From contig CAVXZB010000084.1 of assembly GCA_963765895.1 (NCBI GenBank), positions 192,001-256,000 on the forward strand: 64,000 nt of DNA, read 5' to 3'. Both the position numbers and the translations under genes were made by a program. Positions 22,474-33,837 of this stretch are shown in pieces (position 1 is the first letter of the stretch; each line of letters begins with the position of its first letter). Source of the stretch: an uncultured Nitrososphaeraceae archaeon (GTDB lineage Archaea; Thermoproteota; Nitrososphaeria; Nitrososphaerales; Nitrososphaeraceae). The notes beneath the pieces were generated by a model. It did no database searches, was not told where the DNA came from, and was given only the letters and a program-made list of their open reading frames with translations.

Positions 22474-22826
22474 TCGGCAATACCAAATACGATGGTCCTT
22501 AGAAGAGACAAAGATCATTTAATTAGCAATTCTGTCTTGAAGTAGAGCAGATAGCTACCAATTCCCATATATTTTCATGGTACAGTCGATAGATCGAATT
22601 TTGATTCAATATTTTGTAAATATCATTGTTCAAACACTCAGTTTCATTTAATTTAATTCATGATTAAACAAATAACTTCCTGAGAAGAGAAATATAATTT
22701 AGTACTGCTCCCTTCATTTGAGCAAGTGTACTCGCACAATTCCCACATAGAATCACTCAATTATGATTATAGAAAAAACAATCGCATACACTATAAAGAG
22801 GATTTTGATAGGAGCCTATAGTGTAA

Positions 22827-23165
22827 ATGGGTATTGATATTTCTCCACTGGCTACCACTGCAACATCAATAGGATTCGGCGGAATTACTGGTTTTTTGAT
22901 AGGTTATGCCATCAAGAAGGTTATGAAAATTATGTTAGTAATACTAGGTTTATTGTTCGTTGCGGTCATTTCCTTGGAATATCAAAAGCTAATAAGTGTA
23001 AACTGGAATAAAATCCAAACAGGTCTATCGGGCGCATTAGGGAATGTTACCAATGGTCAGATACCTGGGACTCACGAAAATATTGCATCGACAATGTCTA
23101 GCATTGGTATTCCACTAACAGGCAGCCTTACTGCAGGCTTTGTGCTAGGTTTTATGAGAGGATAA
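22827..23165 (+). CDS. FUN14 family membrane protein
   Basis: IGFGGITGFLIGYAIKK, ISVNWNK, GFVLGF. Confidence 0.85.
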   Translation: MGIDISPLATTATSIGFGGITGFLIGYAIKKVMKIMLVILGLLFVAVISLEYQKLISVNWNKIQTGLSGALGNVTNGQIPGTHENIASTMSSIGIPLTGSLTAGFVLGFMRG

Positions 23166-23688
23166 AATGAATAGCTGATGGTTGAAATTGACATGGCCTG
23201 CTTATTATTACACACACGAACCTTTTTAATAACTATAGCAACGGCTTGGATCTACAATAGAAGGAAGGTAAGGTTACGGCTCTTATCATGTTATTTCTGT
23301 TTAAATTATCACATAGTACTTCAGTAATATGTAGAATCATACTGCCCTCGTGATTACTCACTGCTTGTCTCATTGCCTTATTGCCGCCAGGGTCGATATC
23401 ATATTTAGATCTCTTGTATTCACTAGATAGAGTGGCATGCCACTTGATAGAGTTTCCAAACGTATGTCTCTTATTTCTTGTTCTTTATTTTGATCATTCA
23501 TCGTAGGTTAGTTCATCGATTCGTGTTGGATGATGAATAGTATTTCTGCCAAGCACCTCAACGTCGTCGGGCAGTTTTATTGGATTCTTCATTTGAGATC
23601 ATATTTCTTTTTTAACCTTGGAGTAGATCCCACTTTTGGGACCCAAAAGCGGAATTTGTATATGCATATAAAATAATGGCAATTCTCA

Positions 23689-24159
23689 TTAACAAGTAAT
23701 GAAAAAGCAAATACCACCGCTATACTGACGTTGATGATCTCGACGACATTTCTGATTAGTTCATTTTACTATGGTAGTCAGACTGGGTTTCGGGGACACT
23801 TAGCCTCAGCTACTAACAATACGGTTGTTAATGGTGCTACAAATACAATTCAATTGTCTGCGAAGGAGGTAAAAGATGGAGTTTAAAATTGGATAAGCGG
23901 GAGTAATGGAGCATCCAATCCTACGATAAAGGCGTTCGTAAATAACAAGAACGTTATAGAGATTCATAACCCTACTGACACTAAACATGAATTAATTATA
24001 GACACTGGAGCTGACGTACTGCCATCGAGTGATGATATTGCTCCTAATAGGTCAGGTCAACTAACTTTTAGTCCAGGCGTTACTGGCACGTTCACATATC
24101 ACTGCGCGTACCATCCATTTACAATGAAAGGAACCATCCAAATAGATATGGTCAAATAA
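23689..24159 (+). pseudogene. type-1 blue-copper cupredoxin with an in-frame TAA at 23884-23886 (not in the ORF track)
   Basis: Hydrophobic leader, then QLSAKEVKDGV*NWISG...NPT...HNPTDTKHEL...GTFTYHCAYHPFTMKGTI; H...C-x2-H-x3-M ligand set; start uncertain. Confidence 0.8.
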
Positions 24160-24436
24160 TTTAATTAATTATTATTTTGATCTATCACAAAGACTTCGTA
24201 TCTACATACTGTTAAGATATCCCGGGAAGGAATCTATCAAAAAAATAGAAATACGATAAAAACTATTAACTACAAAAATGCAATTCACTCATTAGACGAC
24301 AATTGCCAATGACTTATTCCTCATGATTAAGCAGTTCTGTGATAACTAACTTTACCTTGCTCTAGAAGGAATTAGGAAAAGTTCTGAGTCATACGTCTTA
24401 TGACTCCTATTTTTATTTTCATTTCAATTATTTTAA

Positions 24437-25300
24437 TCATGGCGGACCAAAATATTGTCTACGCATTACATCATATTCCTCAAATTTGCACGTGCTGCAA
24501 AGGACATTACTTATTTGATCGGGAACCGTTTTACCGATTTAGACCTTGAATCCAACAATACACCTGGTAATGGCTTCTTACAAACGTTGCATTTCAACTT
24601 AACAATGCCCTCTACCAAAGAGTCGATTGAACTGAGCATTAAAGATTCTAACCTAGATTGCGATTCATGCTCAATTCTTAATTTTATCAGCTCATAAACA
24701 TCATTATTAGACAAGTAAACCTCATTATAATATTTTTTAACAAGAAGAATCAATTTTTCAGCAGGTTTTGAATAAGCCTCACAATCAGCTATGATGGTTT
24801 TCAGGAGCGCATAATTGTCTCGATCGATTAATCTCGTGAACCTCTGATATTCAAATTCTACAACGTCTGGATGATATCCCTGGTCAGCAATTACGTCAGA
24901 CGGTCTTTTACCTGCGTTAAATCCACTATATAATGTCTTCAGCTCTTCGGGCACCATTTCTGGAATATCTAGATATTTATTTGATTCACTATTTTGAAAA
25001 ATGACGATCTGTCATTGGTGTTCAAGGTTGGCTATTTGATATTGGAATATTCCCTGATTTTGCTCTCCATAAAAGGTTAGTTGAAAAATTGTTGATGTTT
25101 CATCCTTCGTTTTTGAGAGTTCTGTAGTGCTTCTATTTACAATAAGGCTTCCTACTGTTTTCGACTTAAGCCTACTAGTTTCTTTCCAAACATAGTCTTT
25201 AGTAGTGTGAACTATTGAAGTAATCTGACCAGTGGTGAATTTGCCATCAGATACAAGTTCCCAGACTCGCTCCTTTTTGTTCTTTGGATTAGGTGGTAGA
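24437..25300 (-). pseudogene. decayed DNA-binding-like gene: N-terminal HTH-like segment and C-terminal Zn ribbon
   Basis: ORFs 25012..25389 and 24511..24957 share a frame and are separated only by TGA 25012-25014; adding one A near 24540 extends CNVC... to ...VLCSTCKFEEYDVMRRQYFGPP* (24437). Confidence 0.55.
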
Positions 25301-25316
25301 TTAGTCGGCTTTATCT

Positions 25317-25452
25317 GGTAAGGGTAGGTAAGGTAAGTAATAGTAATAATTAACCTTTTTGAGCGATAATATGATATAACTGGAGCCAAAGGTCTACGTT
25401 ACCTACTTACCTACCTGCTACGCCAATTCTCCTTATCTACTGCCTTACCTAC
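25317..25452. repeat. cluster of TTACCTAC/GTAGGTAA direct and inverted repeats
   Basis: TTACCTAC at 25399, 25407 and 25445; GTAGGTAAGG 25324-25333 is the exact reverse complement of CCTTACCTAC 25443-25452. Confidence 0.7.
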
Positions 25453-25819
25453 ACGCATTAATGCGGTATGATTACTGTCATGAACCTGTTTTAGATTACA
25501 CACTTAGAATTTCATTTTTAGACCATGCCTCCCGTGACACTGGCCATAAGTCAAAAATCTCCGACGAGGATAGGTTATTACCTAGTTAACAAAATGAAGG
25601 CCGAATTTGACTCGGATGGCAATTTCAACGGGAAATTCGAGCTTGAGACAGGCTGGAGCACGGCCAAGTCAGAGCCACTGGGTAGACACGTATGAACGTA
25701 GCTATTTCCACCATCGTTTTATTACTATAAGTAGGCTGGTTCTTATTGATATTGTAGCTTATATAGATGCAATAAATATGGTAGCCATGGCCTCGAACCA
25801 ACGGTATCTGAATGTTCTC

Positions 25820-26260
25820 TTACTTAGCCTCATTAGCTGTTGCGTTCACAATTGAATGCGCTATTCGTGAGAACGTAACCGTCTCTACAAAGTTAAAGTC
25901 CTTAACTCCATTTTGTTTAACGTTCTCGGAGGGATTACTAAGGAACTTCACGGTTTTTCCGAGCAAGGAATTAGTGTCATCATAGTACGACGCAGTTAAC
26001 TTTACATCTTGGACATTTTTAGTGGAATTGTTTCTTACTTTACCTGCAACATCTATGGCACCTGTAGGACCCTTATTTATTTTCAAGTTCTCAATCTTTA
26101 GAAAAACTTTCGATGGTTTACCAGTAGCAGCGTTGACTGAATGATCTCCAATATAATTCTGAATTAACAAAAGACTGACAACAACTCCTGTTACAATAAT
26201 TGATAGGAGTGTTACTGTTCGTGCCTTTTTTTGCATATCGACTGATCTTTGATAAACCAA
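25820..26260 (-). CDS. FxLYD-domain membrane-anchored protein
   Basis: N-terminal TM; 'VAGKVRNNSTKNVQDVKLTASYYDDTNSLLG' matches the FxLYD-like Ig fold. Confidence 0.75.
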   Translation of the reverse strand: MVYQRSVDMQKKARTVTLLSIIVTGVVVSLLLIQNYIGDHSVNAATGKPSKVFLKIENLKINKGPTGAIDVAGKVRNNSTKNVQDVKLTASYYDDTNSLLGKTVKFLSNPSENVKQNGVKDFNFVETVTFSRIAHSIVNATANEAK

Positions 26261-26658
26261 ATTAATTCTTGCATACTAACACAGTACTACTATATATCCT
26301 ATGATATCGCACATTTAATAACAGAGATTTTAAACAATCATTTTAATAATTGTTAGAAATTTTTGTTGAACATTTTTTGTACATTATTTATAAAATAACA
26401 TGAGAATTACATAGCCCATCCATGGGCTTTCATACTAAGAATGTCTTACTGGTTAAATTTTACCGTAAATTTCGTCTCTCGCTGAGGAAGGATCGCTTCA
26501 CAAAATGGCTTGGTCTTGTCAAAAGTTTACGAATTTTATAGTCATTGGTCCCTACTCAGTACTACTTACCTCTGTGTCAACGAATTTATTCACTAATGAC
26601 TTTGATTGATCAGTTAAAGCCGGACTGTATCCTTATAATATAGAAGAGACATAATAGA

Positions 26659-27309
26659 ATGTATATGAGTAGTTCTGACGATAGTGGGGTAGAGCCATTT
26701 GATTGGTATAACAGGTTCTTCGGCAAGGGGAGGAGAGGATTTGGTTTTAGTGACTTTTTCAAAGGTTTTGATGAAATGAGAAGGGAAATGGAAAGCGAAT
26801 TTGAACACAGATTTAGAGATATAGAGACGAAGGCACCTAAGGATTTGGTAAGAGAATATGAAACTTCAGAAGGGGGTAAAGTAAGAGAATATGGCCCATT
26901 CGTATACGGTTATTCAATGACAATTGGGCCTGATGGAAAGCCGAAAGTAAGAGAGTTCGGAAATGTCAAATCGCCGCTATCTCCAACTGGTAGAAAAAGC
27001 ATTTTTACCGGATCAATGATCTCATCTGAGAGAGAACCGCTCGCAGATATAACGTCAACAAATAGTGAAATAAAGGTCATAGTTGAAATGCCTGGCGTAA
27101 ACAAGGAAAACATTAAAGTAAACGCGTACGACAATTCTGTAGAGATCATCACTACTGGTACCGATCGAAAATATCATGAAGTCATTGAGATACCCCCAGA
27201 AGCTGACATTGAAACCGCCAAGTCAGTGTATAAGAATGGTATACTCGAAATAACATTTAAGAAAAAGGAACAGTCAAAGCCTAGAGGAAAGCAGATAAAC
27301 ATCGAATAG
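26659..27309 (+). CDS. hsp20: archaeal small heat-shock protein Hsp20
   Basis: GPFVYGYSMTIGPDGKPKVREFGN, EMPGVNKENI, YKNGILEI, C-terminal I-x-I. Confidence 0.95.
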   Translation: MYMSSSDDSGVEPFDWYNRFFGKGRRGFGFSDFFKGFDEMRREMESEFEHRFRDIETKAPKDLVREYETSEGGKVREYGPFVYGYSMTIGPDGKPKVREFGNVKSPLSPTGRKSIFTGSMISSEREPLADITSTNSEIKVIVEMPGVNKENIKVNAYDNSVEIITTGTDRKYHEVIEIPPEADIETAKSVYKNGILEITFKKKEQSKPRGKQINIE

Positions 27310-28245
27310 AACACTGAGAAAATAGCATCATCTGCGGCAGCTGAAAGAAGTAGACTTGTAGGTATCTCTTTCTAATGCTATTTTATTCTCTTCAGTCAAA
27401 TTATTAGCGCCTTGATTTTCTTAGAATCCGGATTAGGGAATACTAACAACTTATGCTATCTTATGTCGGATAAACTGAATCTAATGTTAAAAAGCGGTTC
27501 GTTCCCCGTTACGACCCCCGCTACCAAAAGCCAGCATCCGCTGAGCTATTGAGCGAGCAATTGCTTCGATTAATACTACTGTATAACGCAAATTATGGAG
27601 ACCAAATCAGTACCAGGAACACAAATAGACTTCAATGATTGTGAAATTCCTATTCTTGACATTAAATAAGCCGATACTAACCTTGGATGTATGTTTTTCG
27701 CATGTATAAACACATGATCTTAAGGTATTTTGTGATCCAAATGACAGAATATTTAAAAACTGGCACCTTTTGCACAGATTGACAAAAGGTTTGCAAATAT
27801 ACAACGAATGAGTATCAATCCACCATTTTTGTTATTGATGATAGTTATTTGCAAGATATTTGCAGCAAATTCTCATTAGTTCGGCTTTTACACCTTTAGA
27901 TCCTAACTTGTACCATACGTAAATATTTGCAATCTCGGATATCTTTAATACAGATAATAATCTGAAAGTGCAATAGTCCAGTTTGATTAACCGACAACAT
28001 ATCGTTCTGCAATGAAACAAAAAAACAAGACAAGTCAACCTAATACCAATAGGCTTATTTGATGGGTAAATATCAATCGACTATATATGGACCACTTTAA
28101 ACTAATAAAATATGAGACTTTGAATTATCTACCTAGCGTATCTTATTACTATTTGACAGAGAGGTGCGTGCTACTTACGAATAAAACTTGTTAACAGTTT
28201 GGCTTTTCGACATTATTGAACATTCCACTGCATTTTATTGAATGC

Positions 28246-28548
28246 TCACGTTTCAGGTTCCTTTATACTAGATTTGCCAGCATCGTCAAGATCCAACTCA
28301 AAAACGGACTGATGCAACTGTCTGTTATCCATACTGACTGCTGGCTGAATATAACAAAAAATAGATTTGAATCCATATTGTGTCAAAATTTGAGTTATAT
28401 AGCCACTAAGCAAAAAGTGATGCTTAATAACCATGATAAACCGCGAACTCTTACAGTTCACCTCAACATCATATCCCCTTCTGGTAACGCTTTTTATAAG
28501 AGCAGCAATACCTCGACGAGTCTTTCCATCAGTATTACTCGCTGCCAT
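28246..28548 (-). CDS. hypothetical protein
   Basis: ATG 28548 (MAASNTDGK...) 12 nt after the upstream gene's stop, preceded by GGAG. Confidence 0.5.
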   Translation of the reverse strand: MAASNTDGKTRRGIAALIKSVTRRGYDVEVNCKSSRFIMVIKHHFLLSGYITQILTQYGFKSIFCYIQPAVSMDNRQLHQSVFELDLDDAGKSSIKEPET

Positions 28549-28559
28549 ATTGACTCCTT

Positions 28560-30675
28560 TTATTTGGAGTAGATATGAGTCTCCAGCTCGTTTGCCGACA
28601 AAATCGGGAGAGAGCATGTAGAATCTCTACATACTATGGCATACTCTGGTCGGCTCTTGGAAATACCATTCAAATCTCTTCCGGAAAAGAACGAATATTT
28701 TTGGAGTTCATCTAGCTGTGTTTTATCATTTATTAATGCTGAAATTTGGCTGGGGATAAAATGTTTATTTAGCCAACTCATCAACTGAAGAGGTCGTACA
28801 CTACTATCTTTTTCTTGCATGATCAATATTTCTGTACATTTCTTTATCAAAAGATAAATTGCAATTAGCATGTGGCCAAATCCGAATGGATTTTCAGCTG
28901 CTGCATGAGCTGCAGACTTCATAATTGATTCTGCTTTTTGCATATATTCATCTTTATTTGTCAAGTAACACAGCCTAATCAGGTTAGATGCAGCTATCGA
29001 ACTACCACTTGGAGTAGCCAAGTCATAAAATGTCTTTGTCCTAACAATCAATTTTTCATGGTCGTCTGAAGTAAAGAAGAGGTTATTTTCTTTATTGTCC
29101 CAAAAATGCTTAAGCATAAAATCTGTGTACAGAATTGCTTTTTCAAGGTATCGTGGTTGCGTATCGACTTCAAATACATCAAGTAATGCGTTTGAATAAA
29201 AAGCATAATCATCCAAATAACCATTTAGTTTAGACTTTCCATCTTTGTGCATTCTCTTTAGCCTGCCATCATTGCTACTCAGGTTTTTTTCAATAAATTC
29301 TATTGCATTTTTCGCAACTCTGAGATACTTAAGATCACCGGTAACTCGATATCCCTTTGCAAACGCCGATATCATTAACCCGTTCCACGATGTTAGGATT
29401 TTTTCATCCTTTCCAGGCTCCATGCGTTTTCTTCTGAAATTAAATAATTTTAATGATGCATCTTCGATTATATGTTCTATATCCTCTTGGGTTTTATCAT
29501 ATTTTTCGGCAAGTCCTTTTATTGTTCCTTTGATATACAGTATATTTTTTCCATCAAAGTTACCATTGTTAGTAACTCCATAATAATCACAAAGGATTTC
29601 TGAATTAGTATGGTCTTCCAGTAAATCAAATATTTCCTGTTTAGTCCAGACATAGTACTTACCTTCTTCACCCTCAGAGTCAGCATCTTGAGCGGAATAA
29701 AACCCGCCATCAGGAGAAGTCATCTCTCTGGTGACATAATCAAGGGTTTTTTTAACTATTTGCAAATAATGTTCCTCGTTAGTGATTTGGAACAATTCAA
29801 CATACAATTGGATGATAAGTGCATTATCATAAAGCATTTTTTCGAAATGTGGAACTAGCCATCTTTGGTCCGTAGAATACCTAGCAAACCCGCCTCCAAG
29901 ATGATCATGAATTCCTCCAGCTGCCATTTTTTCGGCTGAAAATATTACGAAGTCCTTAAATCTATTTATCCCTGAAATATCGTGATAGCGCAACAAAAAC
30001 ATGAGGTTGGAAATATTAGGGAATTTAGGTGCTTGGCCAAAACCACCGAAAACATTGTCAGCCATGCGAAGTAAGCCAATTGCTGCCTTCGTCTAGGATA
30101 GAACGCTCCAATTTTGCTCTGTCTATCGAAGAAGGTATGTCAGCTGCTGTATGCATCAATGCCTGCATAAACTCTGAGGAGGCGGAGTTTATCTCCTGTC
30201 TTTTCGTCACATATGCTTCTTTCAGTTGGTTTAATATTAGACCAAAGCCAGGCATACCGTTTCTACTCTGATTCGGGAAGTAGGTGCCAATGTAGAAGGG
30301 CCTTTGGTCTGGCGTAAGGAAAACTGATAGTGGCCATCCTCCTGTTCCATTTGCAAGTTGACAGACCTTTTGATATATGTCGTCTAGATCGGGTCTTTCT
30401 TCTCGATCTACCTTTATATTAACAAAATTATCGTTCATGAAGCTCGCAATCTCCGTATTTTCAAATGACTCGTGTGCCATTACATGACACCAGTGGCATG
30501 CACTATAGCCTATGCTAAGAAATATTGGTTTATCCTCAATTTCTGCTTTTTGAAGAGCCTCATTTCCCCAGGGGTACCAATCAACAGGATTATGTGCATG
30601 TTGTAATAAATAAGGGCTGCTTTCATTTATGAGCCTATTTGTCCATTGCTGGGTCTTATTGCTGAGTTTATCCAT
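28560..30675 (-). CDS. thioredoxin-domain protein of the YyaL/SPATA20 family (+1 frameshift at about 30087)
   Basis: [62 protein letters not shown]; deleting one base gives [13 protein letters not shown]. Confidence 0.92.
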
Positions 30676-31419
30676 CTGAATCGATCTTATTAGTAATCTT
30701 ATTTATAACTACGGAATCACTAACCATGCAAAGTATCAACATGTAAGTTCAAGGATTATGGATAATCCAAGCTGATTAGAATTATCAGTAAGAGACTTGG
30801 TAATTGTAGAGTCCAATTCTTGTAGTCGGTGATTAATAATTGATGGTCTCTAATTGTTATTCTTTTTGACGCTTTAGATAAATAGTGATATGTAAGATTA
30901 TTTGTTGAATTCGCTGCTATCGCATGTTTTAGCTAGATTTAGTACTAGCATAGCAAATGGTAAAAATGACGCGCTTTTCACTCCTCCCTATTTAGAATAA
31001 CTCAATTCCAGTTCGGCGTGAATAAAAATTGACATAATATGGAAGCAATAGGTACAGGATACAAAGTGCTTGCCAACTAACCCTAATTATCAATAGGATT
31101 CAAATTATGCGCACGTTCTAGCATCAATAATAGTAAGCTCAAGCTCAGAACAGATAAACTGATATCATTAAGATACTATACCTGGTGAGTCCATTGATAT
31201 GGCCGTAATGCAACAGCACTATATATTCCCGTATTACAGACTATATAATTTGTATGAGTATGGACCTGAAGTCTGTTGATCTCGTCTTATCAACTTGCTG
31301 TTTAGATACACTGAAAATATTTATACGTAGACAGGATATCTGGGCTTGTTAAAAACTATTATGAGGATTATTTACATAGAAAATGAGAAATTTCATACTA
31401 GACCAATAATTTTGATTGA

Positions 31420-31951
31420 ATGGTGATAGAATCTGGGCAATATCCGAAGAAGCAGGGGATACAGCTTTGAACACACACTTGTTCAGAGATTAGACAGAGG
31501 GGAATGGCATGCAAGACGTTTAGGAGGCTCTAGTACTGGCCTCCCGGATATCATCGCTGTTAATAATAGAGAAGCCATTTTGCTTTCGATTGAGGCAAAA
31601 GCGGGTACAAGCGACATCTTATACGTACCGCAGGATCAAATACAACGATGCGTGTATATCCGTGATATGTTCAAGCATTATTCTAAAAGACATGTTATAT
31701 TTGCCTTCAAGTTTATGAGGAAAAAGCGAGTCAGGAAGAAAAATTGCACAGTATATGAACACCGAAAGTTAATTGAATACTATAAAATAGGCGACATCTT
31801 TGGAAATGTGAAGAAGATACCTGTCCTTAAATGTAATTATGATGGGAATACGTTTGTTCTGCATGATGATAAATGTGAAAGGCTTAGTCTTCCGAACTAT
31901 GTCATGCCTTTTCATAGGATAGTCAACGTTATTGGCAAAGATAAATTCTAG
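31420..31951 (+). CDS. Holliday-junction-resolvase-like PD-(D/E)XK nuclease
   Basis: The frame is open upstream of the ORF-track start: GNIRRSRGYSFEHTLVQRL...RRLGGSSTGLPDIIAV...LSIEAK; start is CTG 31433 or ATG 31420 with a +1 error. Confidence 0.8.
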
Positions 31952-32622
31952 GTAACTTGGCATAGGTGTTAGGAATTATCCCTAGGAGAAAGCTTTACCA
32001 TTCAGACATAAGAGGAACTCCTCAAGGATAATATCCATCATCATTCGATTTAAGATGACGTTAGTGTTGATTGACCTTAGCAAATTAGTAGGATTCTTCT
32101 GAAGACTATTCTAGGACCTATCTAATACATAGATTAATTAGTGATTGCTAATCGAAAATAAAACACCTTTACATGAATGGCAAGAGAGAAGAAGTGTGTT
32201 CGGTTTGTTATAAATTTCTCAATACCATATACGATCACAAGAAAATGAAGAATATAAAGCAAATTGGCTCAGCAGGAGATTCAGGAAACGAGGGCTACAA
32301 ATGTAAGAGCATTTATCATAAAAAATTAACCGACAGATCCAGTTCCTCAGTCTAGAATCAGGCCTAGATGAACCTCTGTCTGAAATACAGTAGCCTCAAT
32401 ATTTTGTGTACGAATGCATCTAGCTAGATGGAAATAAAGAATAGTTTTCTTTACTCCCAGTCATCAATATACCCAGATAACGGCCATATTATTTTCATAC
32501 GTCCCTAATTGTACGCACTTTAGGGCATATCTCCACTAAATTATGGATAATAACGCGATCAAGTTCATGCTCCTTGAAAAATGAGTTCCTTCTTAATCTA
32601 ATATCTAGATTATTGTGATAGT

Positions 32623-33159
32623 TCATACCGAACTCTTATTCTTTTCTTTTCCTTTTTTCATAAGAACAAACAATATAACAAGAATGACCGCAATTAGGAT
32701 ATAATTGACAGGTGGACTGATAGCCCTTGTGACCAAACCCAATTGTGGAATTACGTAGACGACTTTTCCAATATAGTTACCGTGCAATATAGGATAATCG
32801 ATACCAGGTATTGAATCTGGATTGGCATCACCTTTTGTTACAACTACCCTATTACCTAGTGAATCTATTCCTATTGCTCTTATCCTATGTACTATCGTTT
32901 CCGGTTCTTGGCCTTTTTCAGGTACAGGTTCCTTAAAAACAATAATATCACCTATTTTTAGAGTATCATACTGAATATTATGATTAATAACTACAAAATC
33001 ACCAACCTTTAACTTGGGTACCATACTCTCACTTGCCACTACATAGAACGGATTGATTACTCCAAACGCAATCTGAATGCCCACCCAAATAATTACGACA
33101 GCAATCACGATAACGGCAACATATTTAATCTCATTGGGAATTTTGGTGAGGCCTTGCAA
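32623..33159 (-). CDS. signal peptidase I (archaeal S26B/Sec11-type)
   Basis: VASESMVPKL, GDIIVF, IVHR, TKGDANP..D, YIGKV. Confidence 0.92.
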   Translation of the reverse strand: MQGLTKIPNEIKYVAVIVIAVVIIWVGIQIAFGVINPFYVVASESMVPKLKVGDFVVINHNIQYDTLKIGDIIVFKEPVPEKGQEPETIVHRIRAIGIDSLGNRVVVTKGDANPDSIPGIDYPILHGNYIGKVVYVIPQLGLVTRAISPPVNYILIAVILVILFVLMKKGKEKNKSSV

Positions 33160-33518
33160 TTTTTAGAACTAAGATTAAATTGCTTGGAATATAAGTGTAA
33201 GAGTATGAGTGCGAGATAGGTTTATATAGAATTTGGGCTCTTTGCCGGACCTACAATGGAACTAGGAATCTCGACTTCGAGTCTTTTCATATAGATTACT
33301 AGCTCATTTGATTCTTGAACGGTCAGCATCGATGACAGATAGAGTACCTAATTATTGAACCGAGTGTAGAGTTGGCGTCGGGCAAGACATTGATAGTATA
33401 TTTATGAATATGGTTAGCAAAAGCCAACGACATCGGAAGCGACTTTAATATGCACAGATGTAATGAATAGCCTAATAGTTAATTAGATTTTTATATTAAG
33501 TCTTACCTACTTTACTAA

Positions 33519-33665
33519 ATGTCCAATAAATCACGCTTACCACACACTATAGACGAAATGTTTGAAGAATCAAAAAACAGGCTAGGTTTAGAACGCGAAT
33601 CCATGATCCAGAATATCAAGGATGATTTGACGACTGCAAAGAATAAGACACTATCTAGAGCATGA
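33519..33665 (+). CDS. putative 48-aa helical small protein (not in the ORF track)
   Basis: MSNKSRLPHTIDEMFEESKNRLGLERESMIQNIKDDLTTAKNKTLSRA*; TTATATTAAG about 20-28 nt upstream. Confidence 0.4.
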   Translation: MSNKSRLPHTIDEMFEESKNRLGLERESMIQNIKDDLTTAKNKTLSRA

Positions 33666-33837
33666 CATGACTGGTCAAAGGCTGCCAACGTTTGAACGGC
33701 CTATGTAGATGACTTAAATGACAATTCGATTCGGCTGCGTATTCGAAATTATTTGATTGCTATATCTTACATCATCTTGGAGATTTCAAATACAGCGATT
33801 TTTAAAACGATTATAAGTGCTTTAAATATCCCCTGGA

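Noticed and set aside
23230-23600. Fragmentary minus-strand ORFs (MKNPIKLPDDVEVLGR...)
   Set aside because: Broken by stops in all frames and not assignable to a family; at most an old remnant.
25012-25014. In-frame TGA as selenocysteine or programmed readthrough
   Set aside because: No redox-motif context, no evident SECIS, and the same gene has another lesion and lacks a good start; a nonsense mutation is simpler.
32173-32355. 60-aa ORF with CSVC as a zinc-finger protein
   Set aside because: No convincing second ligand pair or family resemblance; could be chance.
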